In this document: positions 27,787-42,119 of the stretch, in pieces
How positions within the stretch are numbered: position 1 is the stretch's first letter
How the letters are laid out: each line of letters starts with the position of its first letter
The notes under the pieces: model-generated
Told to the model about the DNA's origin: nothing
The model's input: only the letters and a program-made list of their open reading frames with translations
Database searches by the model: none
Translations under genes and position numbers: made by a program
Assembly (NCBI GenBank): GCA_951406725.2
Contig: OX597815.1
Location: 198,772,001-198,836,000 of the forward strand
Source: Octopus vulgaris
Lineage: Eukaryota
Reading direction: 5' to 3'
Length of the DNA: 64,000 nucleotides

Positions 27787-28700
27787 CCTTGTGAATCTCA
27801 GGTAAGTTTTCTTCAAATTTAATACTAATAAGGGGTTGTATTATTTTATGGTTCTGAAAAGTCGATCAGTTTTTAGGATGCTCCATGTGGAAAGTATTCA
27901 TTTGCCAGGAGAGATCATCACTGATGGGGAAGCCATGTAATTAATATGACCTTCAGGGTTCTAATTATGAAGTGTCTGTCTTTGAGAATGGGGTATTACA
28001 ATGTATTCTTGATAAATGCGGCTATATAGATTAGTATGAGTATATTGTGAGGTCTTTGGCAGTAGAGTCGGTGTCGATTTTGTGTGGGAAGTTTCGTTAA
28101 GATGTGGAGGAAGTTTGAGTGTGGAAGATTAGAGAGGTATGAACAGCGGTATCTGTTGACGTTAAAGGTTGTTGAACCTAAGAGTAAGTAGATTGTAGAT
28201 GTGTATTAGGATCACCTTCGCTCACACAATAATTCATAGAATGGGATCGCAAAAACCCGAATCTGAAGACGCTGAAATTTTGTGATCAAAGATAAAAATT
28301 CTGCCATAATGAATAAGAGAAATGACTTGTTGAGCCCATAGACAAACAATTTGAAAAGATTTTCGCCAGCTGCTCTCTGGCGAAATATTTATGCTTTCAG
28401 TAAATTTGTCTGGAGAAGAGCCCAGTGTCAATAACAGAATAAGTTTCCAGTAGATCTAGATTTACAAAATGTGTACTGTTAGTCATTAATAACGAGAAGC
28501 GATTCAAGGGTTAGGAAATGATGTTATTAATGGCCGCATTTTATAGACTTAGGGCGTTGAATTTGAGTGCAATGCGATGATGCTTGTAAAGGTCAGAGTT
28601 GTTAATATTCTTGGAATGGTGAGACAGAAGCGTGGTTCCAAAGCTCGGAATAGAGTCCAAGAGAAAGAGAACGCAATCCTTCAATTCTTGATTATTTCGG
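27787..28700 (-). mobile_element. Possible highly decayed PLE N-terminal/RT region
   Basis: Remnant peptides LPEIHK (compare LPKIHK) and LKFNAL...THF; many stops and frameshifts. Confidence 0.35.
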
Positions 28701-28831
28701 GTCATTCATTGGTTCAAGGGGTTTCTGACAGCGACAACACCTATTAAGTGTCCGTCTTGACGTAAGGGATTTCTCTCACATTTATTTTTCCTTTTTAAGG
28801 AAAATAAATGCATGCATTTGGATCTATGCAC

Positions 28832-28926
<95 letters not shown>

Positions 28927-29117
28927 TGTGTGTGTTTGTATGTGTGTGTATCTGTGTGTGTGTGTGTGTGTGTTTGAGTGTGTTGATCAAAACAGTTTAA
29001 TCCACACGTATAACTCACAATAAATGTGCTAAGTGGCCTTCTTTCGCTTGTCAAGTCATACGCGTATGTATATATATACATGTATGCATGTATATATAAA
29101 TATATATACATACATAC

Positions 29118-29163
<46 letters not shown>

Positions 29164-29456
29164 TTATGTATGTATGTATGTATGTATGTATGTATGTATT
29201 ATGTATGTATGTATACGAATCAATCAAGAGGCTAGACTTTCGTTCCGAAGAACTTATCAAACTTTGCACAAGACTGTCATTGCTATAGTAACCTCAGCTA
29301 ATAAATGAATTAATATACGTGTGTATGAGTGAGAGTGTGTGAGTAGGAGGGTGAGTCTCCCTTTGTACCTTCGTGCGTTTTTGGGTGTTTGTGAGTTTTT
29401 TTTTGCTTGTGTGCGTGTAGACATTTGTAGATTTAATGTTGTAGCCCAAAGTAATT

Positions 29457-29526
<70 letters not shown>

Positions 29527-29644
29527 CCTAGTACTTCAATAAAAAAAGAAATAATACCCTCGCTTAAATTAATTATGATGTATTATTTGCCGCACGTATG
29601 TCTTCTATAGAACACAAACACACACACACATACATACACACACA

Positions 29645-29679
<35 letters not shown>

Positions 29680-30619
29680 ACATAGGTATTTGTATGCATA
29701 TATCTATCTATGTCTGAGTACTTGCGCCGGTCTATGATCAAAGGCAATCGTATCGGCGAATATCCACATCATTTATTCAGATATAGTATCCCTAGAACTT
29801 CATAATCTAATATGTCGTTTCTCCAAAGTCGCTTGGGTGTGATATGCTAGATATTTAGCTGCTATACAACACACACACACAGAAACACACAAACACACAC
29901 AAACACAAACACACACGCACACAACAGATAAAATGTCCAATTAAATGTTCTCGTATCTTCTTGTATACAAGCATAAGTTTATGCGCATCTTCTCATTTCT
30001 CTCTCTCTCTCTCTACCTTTCTCTCTCTCTATCTGTCTATCTATCTATTTGTCTGTCTATCAATCTATCTATCTATATATCTATGTATCCATATATCTAT
30101 CTATCTATCTCTGAGCATATTTACATAATCACATACATATACACATAAACACGTACACAATATACTCACACACTTGTACTTAAATAAATGCACTTTTGTG
30201 TGCGTATCTAAATCGAAGAAACGGTGTGTAGCATTTGGAAACTCTTTAATACCAACTTGAGTTCGATTATGAAAAGTTTCCTACTCTTTGTATATTTAGC
30301 TTTCGTGTTTTTTTTTTGTTTTTACTGAACACTAAATTTCCACGATTTATTAACTTTTCAAACATATGCATCCGTATTTTTTAAATGGAATGTTTTCAGT
30401 AGACATGATATCGTCTGCTCTGGATACTTTTAACAGTTTCGGTTGTGTACAACATATCAGCGTAAAGTTCATTCTTAAGTTTCTTATTACTGATTCTACA
30501 CAAATTCAAAGCATCAGTGTCTCAGTAATCCACTCTATATAACTACTAGCAAATGCACCTGTTCTTCGGAGGATTTAAGTTGCTTTGGTAGTATTTTTTT
30601 CACCAAATAATTGAACTAC

Positions 30620-30946
30620 CGAGAAGGTTTATGAGTAGCAAGGCAATCTATGTTTCCGATTAACCTAGGAACGAAAAATCAAATTGAAGACTGGTTATTG
30701 TGAAAATCATTACACTTCAATGATTATAGAACATATAATTTTGCAAGCGATGCAAAGTAGAGCTACTGAAGTGTTTTGTCAGTAGATTACGGATAATGTC
30801 TACAAAATATAGTTGCTATACATGAAAGCGAAATTTCTTGTAAAAAACAACCACATCAATGGTGTAATGAAATTGAAGGAAGACGTTGAAACTTACCCTC
30901 TGCGAGTATATAGTTTCAACAGGAAAGGGAGCTATTTTTCGGCGAG
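30620..30946 (+). pseudogene. Decayed fibronectin type III-like exon
   Basis: SSKAIYVS... and KLKEDVETYPLRVYSFNRKGSYFSAR, followed by ataagc (probable GT>AT donor); in-frame stops upstream. Confidence 0.4.
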
Positions 30947-33319
30947 ATAAGCTAACAGAAGCCCCTTTATTCTCTCTTCCCACATAGCCTGCGCATAAAC
31001 TAACAGCGAATGCTGCATAAAGTTGAATTGGTATAGAGCTTACTGAAAGATAAGTATAGCTTTCACTAGTGGAAGCAAAACTCTTATGCAAAGGTTGATT
31101 GTTTGGGACGAATCATATCTGATTGTTTAAAAGAGGCTAGAAGGACAATGCTAAAACGTATTTAAAACAATGGACAACAGTCGAAATGTCATAATGGATG
31201 GGTAAATTAAGGATGCTTATTTACCCATCCGTTAAGTGAAACAACGATATCAAAGGTATCAACAAAAGTAAACAAAGGTATTAACAGATAGAAGAGACCG
31301 GACGGAACATCACCTTTCGAATAACTCAGCATAGGTAAAGGCAAGCTTGCCAATGTTTAATGTAGTTTCAATATGGGGATTAAGATTGTTTGGTATTGGA
31401 TATTCATCGCGTACAGTGTTACTAGTCAATTTAATCACTGTTACAAGTGGATATTCGAAATAAATAAATAAATAAATAAGGTCCTTTCACTTTTATAAAA
31501 AAGATCGTTCTGGGCAAAATGTTTAGTGCATGACCATCCTTGGGGCATAAGTAATGTGTGTATAAAGATTGGTGAAAATCGGTTGAGAATTGTGCAAACT
31601 TATGTGTTAATCCTTATAAGCACACATACTGTGATTTATATATGTTAGATAAACAAGTATCATGCGGTCATATATTTTCTACTTATTACAGCTGTTTCAG
31701 TGATGAGCTGCGATGAACTTATTTGTCTAGTTCAAAGGCAGTGTTCGATATTCTTGTTGCATATCCAATTGTATGGAATATTTCTCGCTAAGTAAGTCTC
31801 GCAAAACGTATCTTGTCGATCGTTAAAATTACAAAGAAGTATTGCAAATCTCAGTCCTTGATAGCGTAGGTATAAGTTAAAGATTTGATAATTAAATCTG
31901 GCCTGTAGGATTTCTCGGTTCAACTTGAGCTAAGAGTAAATATTATTTTGATAATTATGCGTTTGTAATGTGAACATAAATTTACAGTTATTGAAAGAAT
32001 TCTAACGTTGCACAACGGTATTTATGTCAATCGTTTCCTTGATGTCTAATACCCACAGTATCGTTTTCTAGAATATGACATTGAAGTCATCTTATATCTG
32101 GATTCGTTGTATGCACCTCTGTGATCGAATTTGACAACACATTCCAACCAATTAAAAGTGAAAGTCACATAAAATATTTTGGAGATGGATAAATGTCTGT
32201 TCAAATACTGTGATTAATACCTTCTTTTTAATCATTTCAGATAAAGAAACCTATCCATGTTTACGTATTCTAGCATTAGGCGTTTTCTCTGCATCACATA
32301 TTTTAATCCACACATAAGCTATCAAGGACTATATTTACCAGTGCTACTGTCAATATATAAAGGTAGGCAAGGTGTGTTTTAAGGGGGATTTAGTTACAAT
32401 TTATAGCTGTTTGAACGGCAATACACACCCACTTATTGGCTTGATTATTCATTTTCATTTTCATTTCAAATTATGAAACTCTCTTCCGTATGCAAAGCAT
32501 TAGCAGGTTTGGAGGTTCTAAACTAAAAAATATATAGACGCCAAAACTATTAACATGCAATACAGGTTTATAAAATCTGGCATTTTATATAAATTAATTC
32601 TATCTCTGTCAGTGACTTTCATCCCTTTACTGTATTTTTAATTAAATGGCAATTTTTCAAGTGAACCAGAATATCTTATATATTAAATTTAGAAAACTCA
32701 ACAATTTAGTACTTGTACGTGTAATTCCTGCACGGAAATAATTTACCGTTAAAAATTTTTGTGCGCTTATACAATTTAGAAATTAGAAGAAATTAGATTT
32801 GCAATTCATCTGAAATTAATATAAACAAATCAACTAGCTGCATAATGTTTTCGTTTTTTAATCTTTACGCCAGATATTATTAACATGGAATTGAAAAAAC
32901 ATTATTTGTTGACTCTTTCCATTTTGTTTACCAATCGTGTTTTTACTTCCAAATTTCAGTAGTTTTGGATGTGTTTCTTTGCAAAGGCGACGACGTAATT
33001 TTCTAAATTATTGACCTTAGCAATTACGGAAGGCACGGATTAACCATAAAATAATATAAGCACGTACTTAGGGCACCAAGGGAAGGGGAGGGCAAAAAAA
33101 TTATCTCCACTGCCGAAGTTAACGTGGTTCAAATTGTAAATTATAAGATTTAAAAAATAAAGAACGAACAAGTGTTGAAAATTTAAATTTTTTTCTGGTG
33201 TTCAGTTTATAAGTAAATCATTAGCATATTGATTGCTGCTACTTGGTATTCAACAAATAATATTAGAAATACGGTTATTTTTTATATAACCGTGAGTTAT
33301 TCCTACAGCATGGTCTAGA

Positions 33320-33690
33320 AGAAAAAGCCTGAATCTCCGGCACCTCCCTTCGGTGATTTTACAACGGCGCTTAAGGTGGTTCGGTCATGCGGCCCGGCAT
33401 CCAGAGGGTGAGCTGATTCGCGATGTCCTTCTCCCACTTCCACTTCCCAGCTGGCGCAAACGCACGGGCGGACAGCTGAAGACTTGGGCAACGACGATAA
33501 AGGAGGACCTCTCTGGACTCTCAGATCCGCAGGTGGTCGGTCTGCACAGAGGGAACCGCGAAACCGCGAACGGCTTGGTATTTCCAGCGACCTCGCACGG
33601 GACCATCGAGCGTGGGCCGCCATGGTTCGTGATGCTGTTAGGACCTGGGTGAACGCCGTTACAAGTACAATGTAGTAAAGTAAGAAGAAG
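33320..33690 (+). mobile_element. RTE-clade LINE 3' end
   Basis: LQRRLRWFGHAARHPEGELIRDVL...RKRTGGQLKTW...EDL and LARDHRAWAAMVRD. Confidence 0.9.
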
Positions 33691-35183
33691 ACTGAAATTT
33701 TTTTTCTATTATTTCACATTTAGTACTTATAATAACTTGATATCATATCTGATAGTCAATGGAACAGTCGAGGTAATGTTGTGATTTGGGGAAGACCAAT
33801 TTGGAAAGACCTAATTCATTATATTTTCTGCTGCAAAGAGAACTGAAAGAAAAAAAATTGAAGGAATAATTTGTAGCTGTTCTTGTCGTTCTTCTTCTTG
33901 CCCTTCATTTTTCATCGTCGTTGTCGTTGTTGCTGTTGTTGTTTTGATCCAGGTCAGCTTTGATCGAACAGATCTGAGATGAAACACGATTGAAGGATAA
34001 TAACCCCATTTCTTTTTAGGAAATTCTCTGCTTCACTGAAGGAGATTTCATTGTGAAATCTAGAAATTCGAAACACCTTATGAGCCTCTTCATCACTGCT
34101 GTTACTACAGCAACTGTTTTTTCACTTTAGATTTGGTTCAGCTCTGATCAAGCAAATCTATGAGAAAAAGATTCAACTGTTTTTTTTTTTTATTGTACCC
34201 AGGGGCCACATAATCTGCAGTGTTTATAAGCGTGGTTCTGAAACCTGTGGGGTAGATGGGACAGGGCGGTTGAATTATTTCCGCTTGGAAAGAACTTAAC
34301 CCCCTTTGGTTCAAAAAATACTTTATACGGTCATATCTGTGGATGATGTACTGAGGGAACACAAATGGGTACCTTGTCCAACCGCCCCAACTCTTCCTTT
34401 AATTCACCACCCCTATATTGGTACTAATTTTTCACGTTTGAAAGGCTGAAAAGTGACGTAACCTTGACAGGTTTGAACTCAGGAAGCAGTGATATAGAGC
34501 AAGTAACATAAGGCATTCTATCCACACAACTCCAAAATTTTTCACGAAAAGAAACACACAATTTCTTAAATGAAAATGGGATGGTCATGACTGGAATGCT
34601 TTTGATCATAGTTCTACTAAACCAGGCTGACCAGGAGCCTATCAAAAGCAAATCTAACAACAACCTTTCATAATCGAACCCATGAAGGTGATCGATTTCT
34701 CTGCAATATTTACTAAATACTTTCTTCAAATCAGACTTGAATCTGAATTTTTTCATATAGTCGACTATAAAGGTAATTTAGTGCTGCATAAACTATAGTC
34801 GATGGCCATAGATGGAAATTCTCTGATGATAGGTCTCTTTGATAAGTGAGAAGATAAGCAGCAAAATCTACAACAAACAAACATATGCAGTTCCAATGCA
34901 TTAATCTTCTCAAAATACTCTTCTAGTTTAGAGTTTCTACGTGCAATAATTCTCTATAATCAGCTTTATAGAAACACCCTGTTCCAAATGAAATTAATGT
35001 ACTTAATGTTTTTATTATTTCTTTAATATTTCTTTCCTAATCTGTGAGGTGATTCAGTAAATGTGCTTTATGCAAATGTTTGTTTCTTCAAGATTCTTAC
35101 TCTAGCGTCTCAAAAATTCATCTCAAGGAGCATGGACAAGACGTTAAGATAATCCACTAAGCCACGCGCTTTCACTGGGGACA

Positions 35184-35360
35184 GGATAAGTCGACTGCTT
35201 CGACTACAGTCCTCCGCTGGTACTTATTTTCTCCACCCACCGAAAAGATGAATGGCGAAGTCGAGCTCGGTGGAATTTCAGCACAGAGCATGAAACACCG
35301 ACAAAATGCCACTCAGTATTTTCCACCGGTGTGCCAACGAATCGGCCAGCTCGCCATCTT
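35184..35360 (-). mobile_element. SINE S2, diverged
   Basis: Similarity to S2. Confidence 0.75.
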
Positions 35361-35549
35361 AATTTGATATTCACTTTTCAATGAAATATTGTGTACAGCC
35401 TCAACTTAAATTTTGCAGCGACAAACTTTGATTCCATACTTTTGCCATCTTTATGCCCGTCAAATAGGCAAATACCCCTTATTGCCGATGATGATGATGA
35501 CATATATATCATATATGTATGTATGTATCTATGTATGTATGTGTGTATG

Positions 35550-35635
<86 letters not shown>

Positions 35636-35638
<3 letters not shown>

Positions 35639-36621
35639 AATAAATAAATAAAACATATACATATATACATACATATATGTACGTACCTACCTCTACATGT
35701 ATATATACATGCATATATGGGTACAGGACACCAAAAAACGTCGAACACAATGAGAAACGAAAACATAAACACAAAACCAAGGAAATGGACATTTTTTTAA
35801 ACAACGAAACAATAGAGTACAGGACATACAAACAAGGAAAATTCCCCTTCTTCAGTCGCCTTAATTTCATCCACTCCACGTTTCGAAGGTCAGGCGATAC
35901 ATGACTTCAATGAAATTTTCCATCCCGCGGAAATCAAATTAAATAAAATTTGAGATTTTTTTTGCGGAGGGGTAAAAATGGTAACAAAAACAGGACAGTA
36001 ACGACAGTACAAAATATAAACAGGACAACGGAGAATAACAGTAACACAAACAAGGAGGGCTGTTAATCCAAACGAGATAAAACATTTTTCCGAACGCTAT
36101 TCTTTTGGATCGGCAGAGCAACAGATTTTACCGTCCCTACTTGGAGGAAGCTGGAGAAGAAAAGACAGAAATAGGCATCTCATCACGTGACCGCGACGGG
36201 ACGGAGGAGGAGGAGTAAGAGAAAGAGAGAGAAAAAACGGGGATGGTGGTAGAGAAAAGAATGAAGAATGAGAGAGAGAGGGAGAGACAGTAAGGTAGAA
36301 GAAAAGGCTGAGAAAGGGAGGGGGGGGAGAAAGGTTAAGAGTGCGCATCATCATTATTATTAAGAACAATCTTATTTAGAAATGGATGCGTGCGTTCAGT
36401 CATATATAAATAAATAAATAAATAAAACATATCCATATATACATAGATATATGTACGTACCTACCTCTACATGTATATATACATGCATATATGGGTACAG
36501 GACACCAAAAAACGTCGAACACAATGAGAAACGAAAACATAAACACAAAACCGAGGAAATGGACATTATTTTAAACAACGAAAAAATAGAGTACAGGACA
36601 TACAAACAAGGAAAATTCCCC
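35636..36621 (-). mobile_element. PLE-like family D element, partial tandem with a directly repeated 3' end (period 774 bp)
   Basis: 35636-35847 is repeated at ~36410-36621; CTTC-GAAAC-GT motif at ~35875-35890; homologous to 52113-52646. Confidence 0.8.
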
Positions 36622-36623
36622 AT

Positions 36624-36812
36624 AGGGAGAGTTTACGAAAAAAAAAACAAAAGGCGAAGACAGGCGGTGTACAAAACAAACAGATGCATTAGTATAATGC
36701 TCAGGAATAGAAAAAGTCTTTTACGTTTTGAGTCTACGCTCTTCTACAGAAAGGGAAACAGAAAAGAAATGAGAAAAAAAATGTGTGTAGTAGCTAACGA
36801 TCTATCATGGCG
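36624..36812 (-). mobile_element. HHR family C element (motif 36717-36753)
   Basis: CTGTAGA-A-GAGC(gtag)ACTC-AAAAC-GT-A-AAAGA; directly abuts family D. Confidence 0.75.
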
Positions 36813-36876
36813 ACTATACATATATATATACATATATATATATATATGTATATATATACTATACATATATATATAC

Positions 36877-36907
<31 letters not shown>

Positions 36908-36964
36908 CATATATATTTATATATATATATGACGTCATATTTATCATCATATATATTCATCATC

Positions 36965-37017
<53 letters not shown>

Positions 37018-37597
37018 TGTGTATATTTCTGTGGTAATGGCTAAATGTGTGAGCTTTTAAGTGTGTATATATACATATATATGCGTGTGCGTATATATAT
37101 ATGTCCATATGTGCGTGATAGAATGATGTGTCCTTCAGAACTAGGCTAGGATTGTGATATAGATGATATTCGTTTTTCAATTGTCGATGTTTATCCGACT
37201 TGGCAACCTCCAAGCTGTAAACGGAAAACGACACCAAAAGCTATCATTTGTCACTAAAGACGCGTCTGATATTAACAATTATTATTCTAGTTGTCAAATT
37301 TCAGTTAACAGTTTCCTTGATTTTGGTTTCATGTCTATAAATGTCTTTATTCGAGTGATTTTTATACAAAATAAAATATTGTACGCCCACCGTCACACCC
37401 AAACAGCCAAAATCAGAACAGTTGTTTGAATACAATGCTAAATCTATCCGTGACGACTGAAGATGTTTTTTACTATTCATTTTTTTTTGGTGTTTTTTGA
37501 GAGTAGTAAAGCTGACAACGTTATCTGTCATGCCTTTTTTTTTCGACGCACTTGTAGTCGTGTGTTCGTGCGTTTAAGAAGTTCTTTTCTCGATCAG

Positions 37598-37776
37598 ATT
37601 TCAATTTCGATCCTACTCAACGATCCAAGTCTCGTGAAGTTAATTTGGTTTGACAGAAACCATATAGAAGTCCATAAACAGATTTAACACCAACCTGGGT
37701 TGACACCTTCGTGGAATATTTGGTCTTAGGCGGAGTCCATTCTGCTACAACCATTCTGAACGTGGTTTGGCCTCAG
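37598..37776 (+). pseudogene. Candidate FN3 N-terminal exon with premature stops
   Basis: Acceptor ttcttttctcgatcag; FNFDPTQRSKSREVNLV*QKPYRSP*...NVVWPQ, with TGA where the FN3 Trp is expected. Confidence 0.35.
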
Positions 37777-37990
37777 GATAACATGTTCTTCCCTTCTCGC
37801 TGTCAGCAGTTTATAACTTAGACTCAGTATTACAAGCTAACAAAATCTTGTCCTGGTAGCTTGGGTCCTTCGTTTAGCCTTTCTGCTTTTATTGTTAAGA
37901 TGTTATCTTATTCGGGTGCGTTTTTGCTATAATGACCTCTAACATATTTAATTTTTCCGTTGAGGATATTACTATGAAATTATTCCTACT

Positions 37991-38436
37991 GACGCAGGAG
38001 TGGCTGTGCGGTAACTAGCTTGCTTACCAACCACATGGTTCTGAGTTCAGACCCACTGCATGGCACCTTGGGCCGACTAATTTGGTAGACGGAAACTGAA
38101 AAACGGACGTTAGAATATACGGAAATTCATTACTAATAACAATTGTTTCGACACTTCTTGCACCGATCCCTCATGGGTGGGACACTCAACAGCTGGTATA
38201 TGTATTTTTCTGTGTGTCTGTGTTTGTCCCCTCACCATCGCTTGACAACCGATGTTGGTGTGTTTCCGTCCCCTTTAACTTAACGGTTCGGCAAAAGAGT
38301 CCGACAGAATAAATTCTAGGCTTACAAAGAATAAGTCATGGGTTCAATTTCTTCGACTAAAGGCGGTGCTCCAGCATGGTCGCAGTCAAATGACTGTAAC
38401 AAATAAAAGAGTAAAAGAGTAAAAGAGTACAAGAGT
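37991..38436 (+). mobile_element. SINE S1
   Basis: Similarity to S1. Confidence 0.88.
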
Positions 38437-38461
38437 AACCATTTAGATACGTTATCGAAAG

Positions 38462-38790
38462 TGGGCGAGTTGGCAGAATCATTAGCACGCCGGGGCAAAA
38501 TACTTAGCGGCATTTCGTCCGTCTTTACGTTCGAAAATCTCGGGCCTAGAGTAGAAAAGTATATTCTTGTACTGAGTAATAGACTGGGCTGGCAACATCA
38601 TTAGCACAGCGGGCAAAATGCTTAGCGTTATTTCGTCCGTCTTTACGTTTTGAATTCAAATTCCGTCGAGGTCGATTTTACCTTTCATCCTTTCGGAGTC
38701 GATAAATTAAGAACCAGTTGCGTACTGGGGTCGCTCTAATCGACTGGCCCTTCGCCCAATATTTCGGGCTTGTGTCTAGAGTAAAAAAGA
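38462..38790 (+). mobile_element. SINE S2, two heads in tandem
   Basis: Similarity to S2. Confidence 0.85.
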
Positions 38791-39212
38791 CTTAAATGCT
38801 TTATTTTTTATATTTTTCATTAACACCTTAAATATATTTGTAACTAAATAAACGCTTAGATATTTGAGACGAGTTATTGTTAAAGTTATTATAATTTTGC
38901 CAGTTATCAACTTCGTTTTCGAAATCTGAATCTAGAAATACGAAAATGTCTTCGCCTTTCAAAATATTTTTGGTAATACTTCGTAATTATGTACTAAATA
39001 CGTTGTCGCTGCTGCTGTTGTTGTTATTGCTGCAGCTGCTGCCGCTGGTGCTATTGTTACTGCTGCTCCTGCTGCTGCTGGCGTTGTTGCATCTGATGAT
39101 GTCAATTAATTTACATATACCTTGTTCGAGCAAATCTATGACCAAAGGCCTTCAAACTAATCACTTCATCCGTTTCAAAATGGTTGGGTTTGAGTTAAAG
39201 GTGTTTCGGTAA

Positions 39213-39567
39213 TCTCTTTTACTCTTTTACTTGTTTCAGTCATTTGATTGCGGCCTTGCTGGAGTACCGCCTTTAGTCGATCAAATCGACAACAGGACTT
39301 ATTCTTTGGAAGCTAAGTACTTATTCAATCGGCCTCTTTTACCGAACCGCTAAGTTACGCGGACGTAAACACACCACCATCGGTTGTCAAGCGATGTTGC
39401 GGGGGACAAACACAGACACACAAACATATACACACATACATACATATACACACATATATATATATATACATATATACGACGGGCTTCTTTCAGTTTTCGC
39501 CTACCAAATCTACTCACAAGGCTTTGGTCGGCCCGAGGCTATGGTAGAAGACACTTGCCCAAGGTGC
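39213..39567 (-). mobile_element. SINE S1, 5'-truncated
   Basis: Reverse complement of S1. Confidence 0.92.
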
Positions 39568-39688
39568 AAAAAGTATGCGATGATTAACTTGAAACCTTTC
39601 ACTGTATATCTGCTCAAACAGACACTGCTATTTATATCTCAAGACAAACTACGTAGCGGTTCACTTACGCTAGCTATTTTTATACCTG
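39568..39688 (+). pseudogene. FN3 C-terminal exon remnant abutting a SINE
   Basis: KKYAMINLKPFTVYLLKQ... carries the L-x-P-x-T-x-Y tyrosine-corner motif; phase-1 donor CCTG|gtaaat. Confidence 0.55.
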
Positions 39689-40905
39689 GTAAATATTGCT
39701 TCTTTATATATTTTGTTTTCCTTTCGTGTGGAACGCAGTCTGTTCCAAGAGCTTACCATTTGGTAGTTCTATGCAGTAACTATGTAATTGTCTCCGTATA
39801 TATTACGAGTTTAGTTCTGAAGTTTTGTTTTATACTTTCTTAAAGATGTTATTCCATCATTTTCTATCAACACTTTTCCTTCGAAATACATCTATTTCTT
39901 ATTTATGGTTGCTTCTATTTCTTTTTTAAACAATCATTTCCACATGCTGTTTGTTGCTGGTGATAAAGTGTTCATTTTGGTCATAAAACCTTTACTGCTT
40001 CTCATATCTACAAATTCTTTGTGAATTTGCAGAGAACTTTTACTTCAATCATGTTTAAACTTTGGGGATTTCTGTTGCTTATTTTCTTATTTTTTATTTA
40101 TGTAAAAACTGTTTTTTTTATTACAGAAGAGAAATATTTTAAATGCATTTTTTTTTTTTATGTTATGTTTTTTTTTTTTTTTTTTTTAGTTTTGTCCTGT
40201 TTTGTTTACTTTCGTTAGTATTTAGTTTTTATAATTCCAGGTTGGCTATTGTTCCATGCCATTAACTGATTTGTGGGTTTTCATCTATCGTATATGAGAG
40301 TTTTCAAAGTTTTCCGTTTGTTAACTGTCGATGTTGCTGTGTGATAACTACGACTTTTGTTTGATCCTGTTGATTTTCATATTGGTATCTCATCCTACAT
40401 TGCCACAGTTAACGACCATATTTTTTACTCTTTAATTAGATTTTCCCATTGGGAGAGTTTTGCATTTTCCCATGTATAGATTAACTTTAATTCTTTCCTT
40501 ATCTCCTCCCTATAGTTATATATTCTGTTGTGTTTATATTTTCGCTGGATCTTCGTTATATTATACATCTTGTCAATATCCCGTGGCTACACACTACGGT
40601 TTGTTGTTTTCAGTTGTTGGTTTCCAAAGATGTTGTTTTGCTTACATTAAATGCATCTTTCTTGTGTCTTTCCCCTATTTATTTATTTAATCATTATTTT
40701 ATTTATTTTCTTTTTCTTTCCTTTTGTTTTTGTTTTTTCTAATTTCATTAGTTTGTTTCTTCATAGCGTATGATTTCGTTATGTATACATACTTTTAACC
40801 CTCCTATTTCTAAACTTGATATTTTCTGTGCACTACAACTAAATATATCTGCAACACCCAACACATCGAACCATCAGAAAATTAGGTGCCTCTGTTTTTG
40901 TTCAG

Positions 40906-40962
40906 TTCGCTTGATTGATTACATGAATGTCGCCTCTAGCACCACAGAAACTGCTGAAGCTA
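40906..40962 (+). CDS. Candidate 57-bp Ser/Thr-rich stalk exon (phase 1-1)
   Basis: ctgtttttgttcag acceptor, RLIDYMNVASSTTETAEA, A|gtaaat donor; phase-compatible with both neighbouring exons. Confidence 0.35.
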
Positions 40963-41418
40963 GTAAATCCAAATCACTTGATCAATGATTACTAATCAAA
41001 TATAAAAACTAGAATGTTTTGCTTGTTCTAAAATGCTGTTGTAGTTTTTTTCTTACCGTTATTTATTTTCTTTTTTTGCCAGTATTTTGTCTTGTCTTGT
41101 TTATTTATTGCCTCTTCTTTTCTTTTCTTTTTTGTATTTTTTAGCAAGTTATTTTGATACATGCTGAGTCAGCTGCAGGTTAAAAGAGAAAAACTAAATC
41201 GGTTACACACAAAAAGGAAAATTATATATAATAGAAATACGTTCGCGAGCGTAGTTACATGGAAAAACATTTCATCTTCAAAAACACCGGTAGTTGACGC
41301 TGTTGTTTACCCTCAGGTCAGCACTGATTAAGATATTTTAGCCATCTCCATACCATTTTTTTACACGTATTGTGTATCAAGAACTATATTTTTCAATATA
41401 TCACTCATGTTTTTTCAG

Positions 41419-41573
41419 ATGATAAGATAGAGTATGAGGAAGGTTCCGCTTTTGTTTCCCGTAGTGCGAGCGAACGCATAAAGTTCTTCATCCATTGGCT
41501 CGTTGTTGTTGTTGTGATATTTGTTGGCGTTTTTGTCTTGTGTGCGTTGCTTCTCGGCTTCAAATTAGCGTAA
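41419..41573 (+). CDS. Candidate transmembrane exon
   Basis: tgtttttttcag acceptor; DKIEYEEG...WLVVVVVIFVGVFVLCALLLGFKLA; ends at TAA or at a GC|gtaaaa donor. Confidence 0.55.
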
Positions 41574-41863
41574 AAAAGCAGATTTATAACCAAAGATGTC
41601 CCGGCCTTTATTATTAGATGCTATTTATCTACTGCATTTTTCAGTATATTCTGTTATTCTTAAAACAATATGGTGTATGAAATACGGCAGACTTTACAGC
41701 AATTTCCTACATAGACACTCAATCTTCAGCTCAGTAAACCATTGTTTTTAGCGATGGCGATGGCGATGGTGATGGATGCGGTAGCTTTAGTGACAGTGAC
41801 TTTGACGACGGTGGTAGTGAGTGTTGAGGATGCTGGTGGTGTGGAACAACTAAGCGGGGTGCA

Positions 41864-42119
41864 TAAAAAATGTTCCTTCTCGAGCCATGCCAGGCTCATA
41901 AGGGCCAGTTTCTGGGTTTCAGTGGCGTAGAAATTCCCCACCTGGGACGGAACGCCGGTCCGTCGCAGGATTACACATTTTTGCCAGCTCAGTGGACTGG
42001 AGCAACGTGAAAATGGAGTGTTTTGCTCAAGAACATAACGCATTGCCCGATCCAGGAATCGAAACCATAGCCTTACGATCATGAGTCCAACACCCTAACC
42101 ACTAAGCCACGCGTCTCCA
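41864..42119 (-). mobile_element. SINE S3
   Basis: Reverse complement of 21343-21600. Confidence 0.85.

Noticed and set aside
31193-31232. 14-bp-stem hairpin
   Set aside because: Isolated, with no family context; too short to interpret.
33030-33095. hAT-like terminal sequence
   Set aside because: No matching opposite end or TSD found.
31731-34771. Short AG...GT exon candidates (31731, 33724, 34735)
   Set aside because: No recognisable protein motif; such sites are expected by chance in AT-rich DNA.
35820-35910. Family D as a complete type II hammerhead (GAAAC-GT...CTGAAGA)
   Set aside because: Stem I pairing is unconvincing; kept only as a partial motif.
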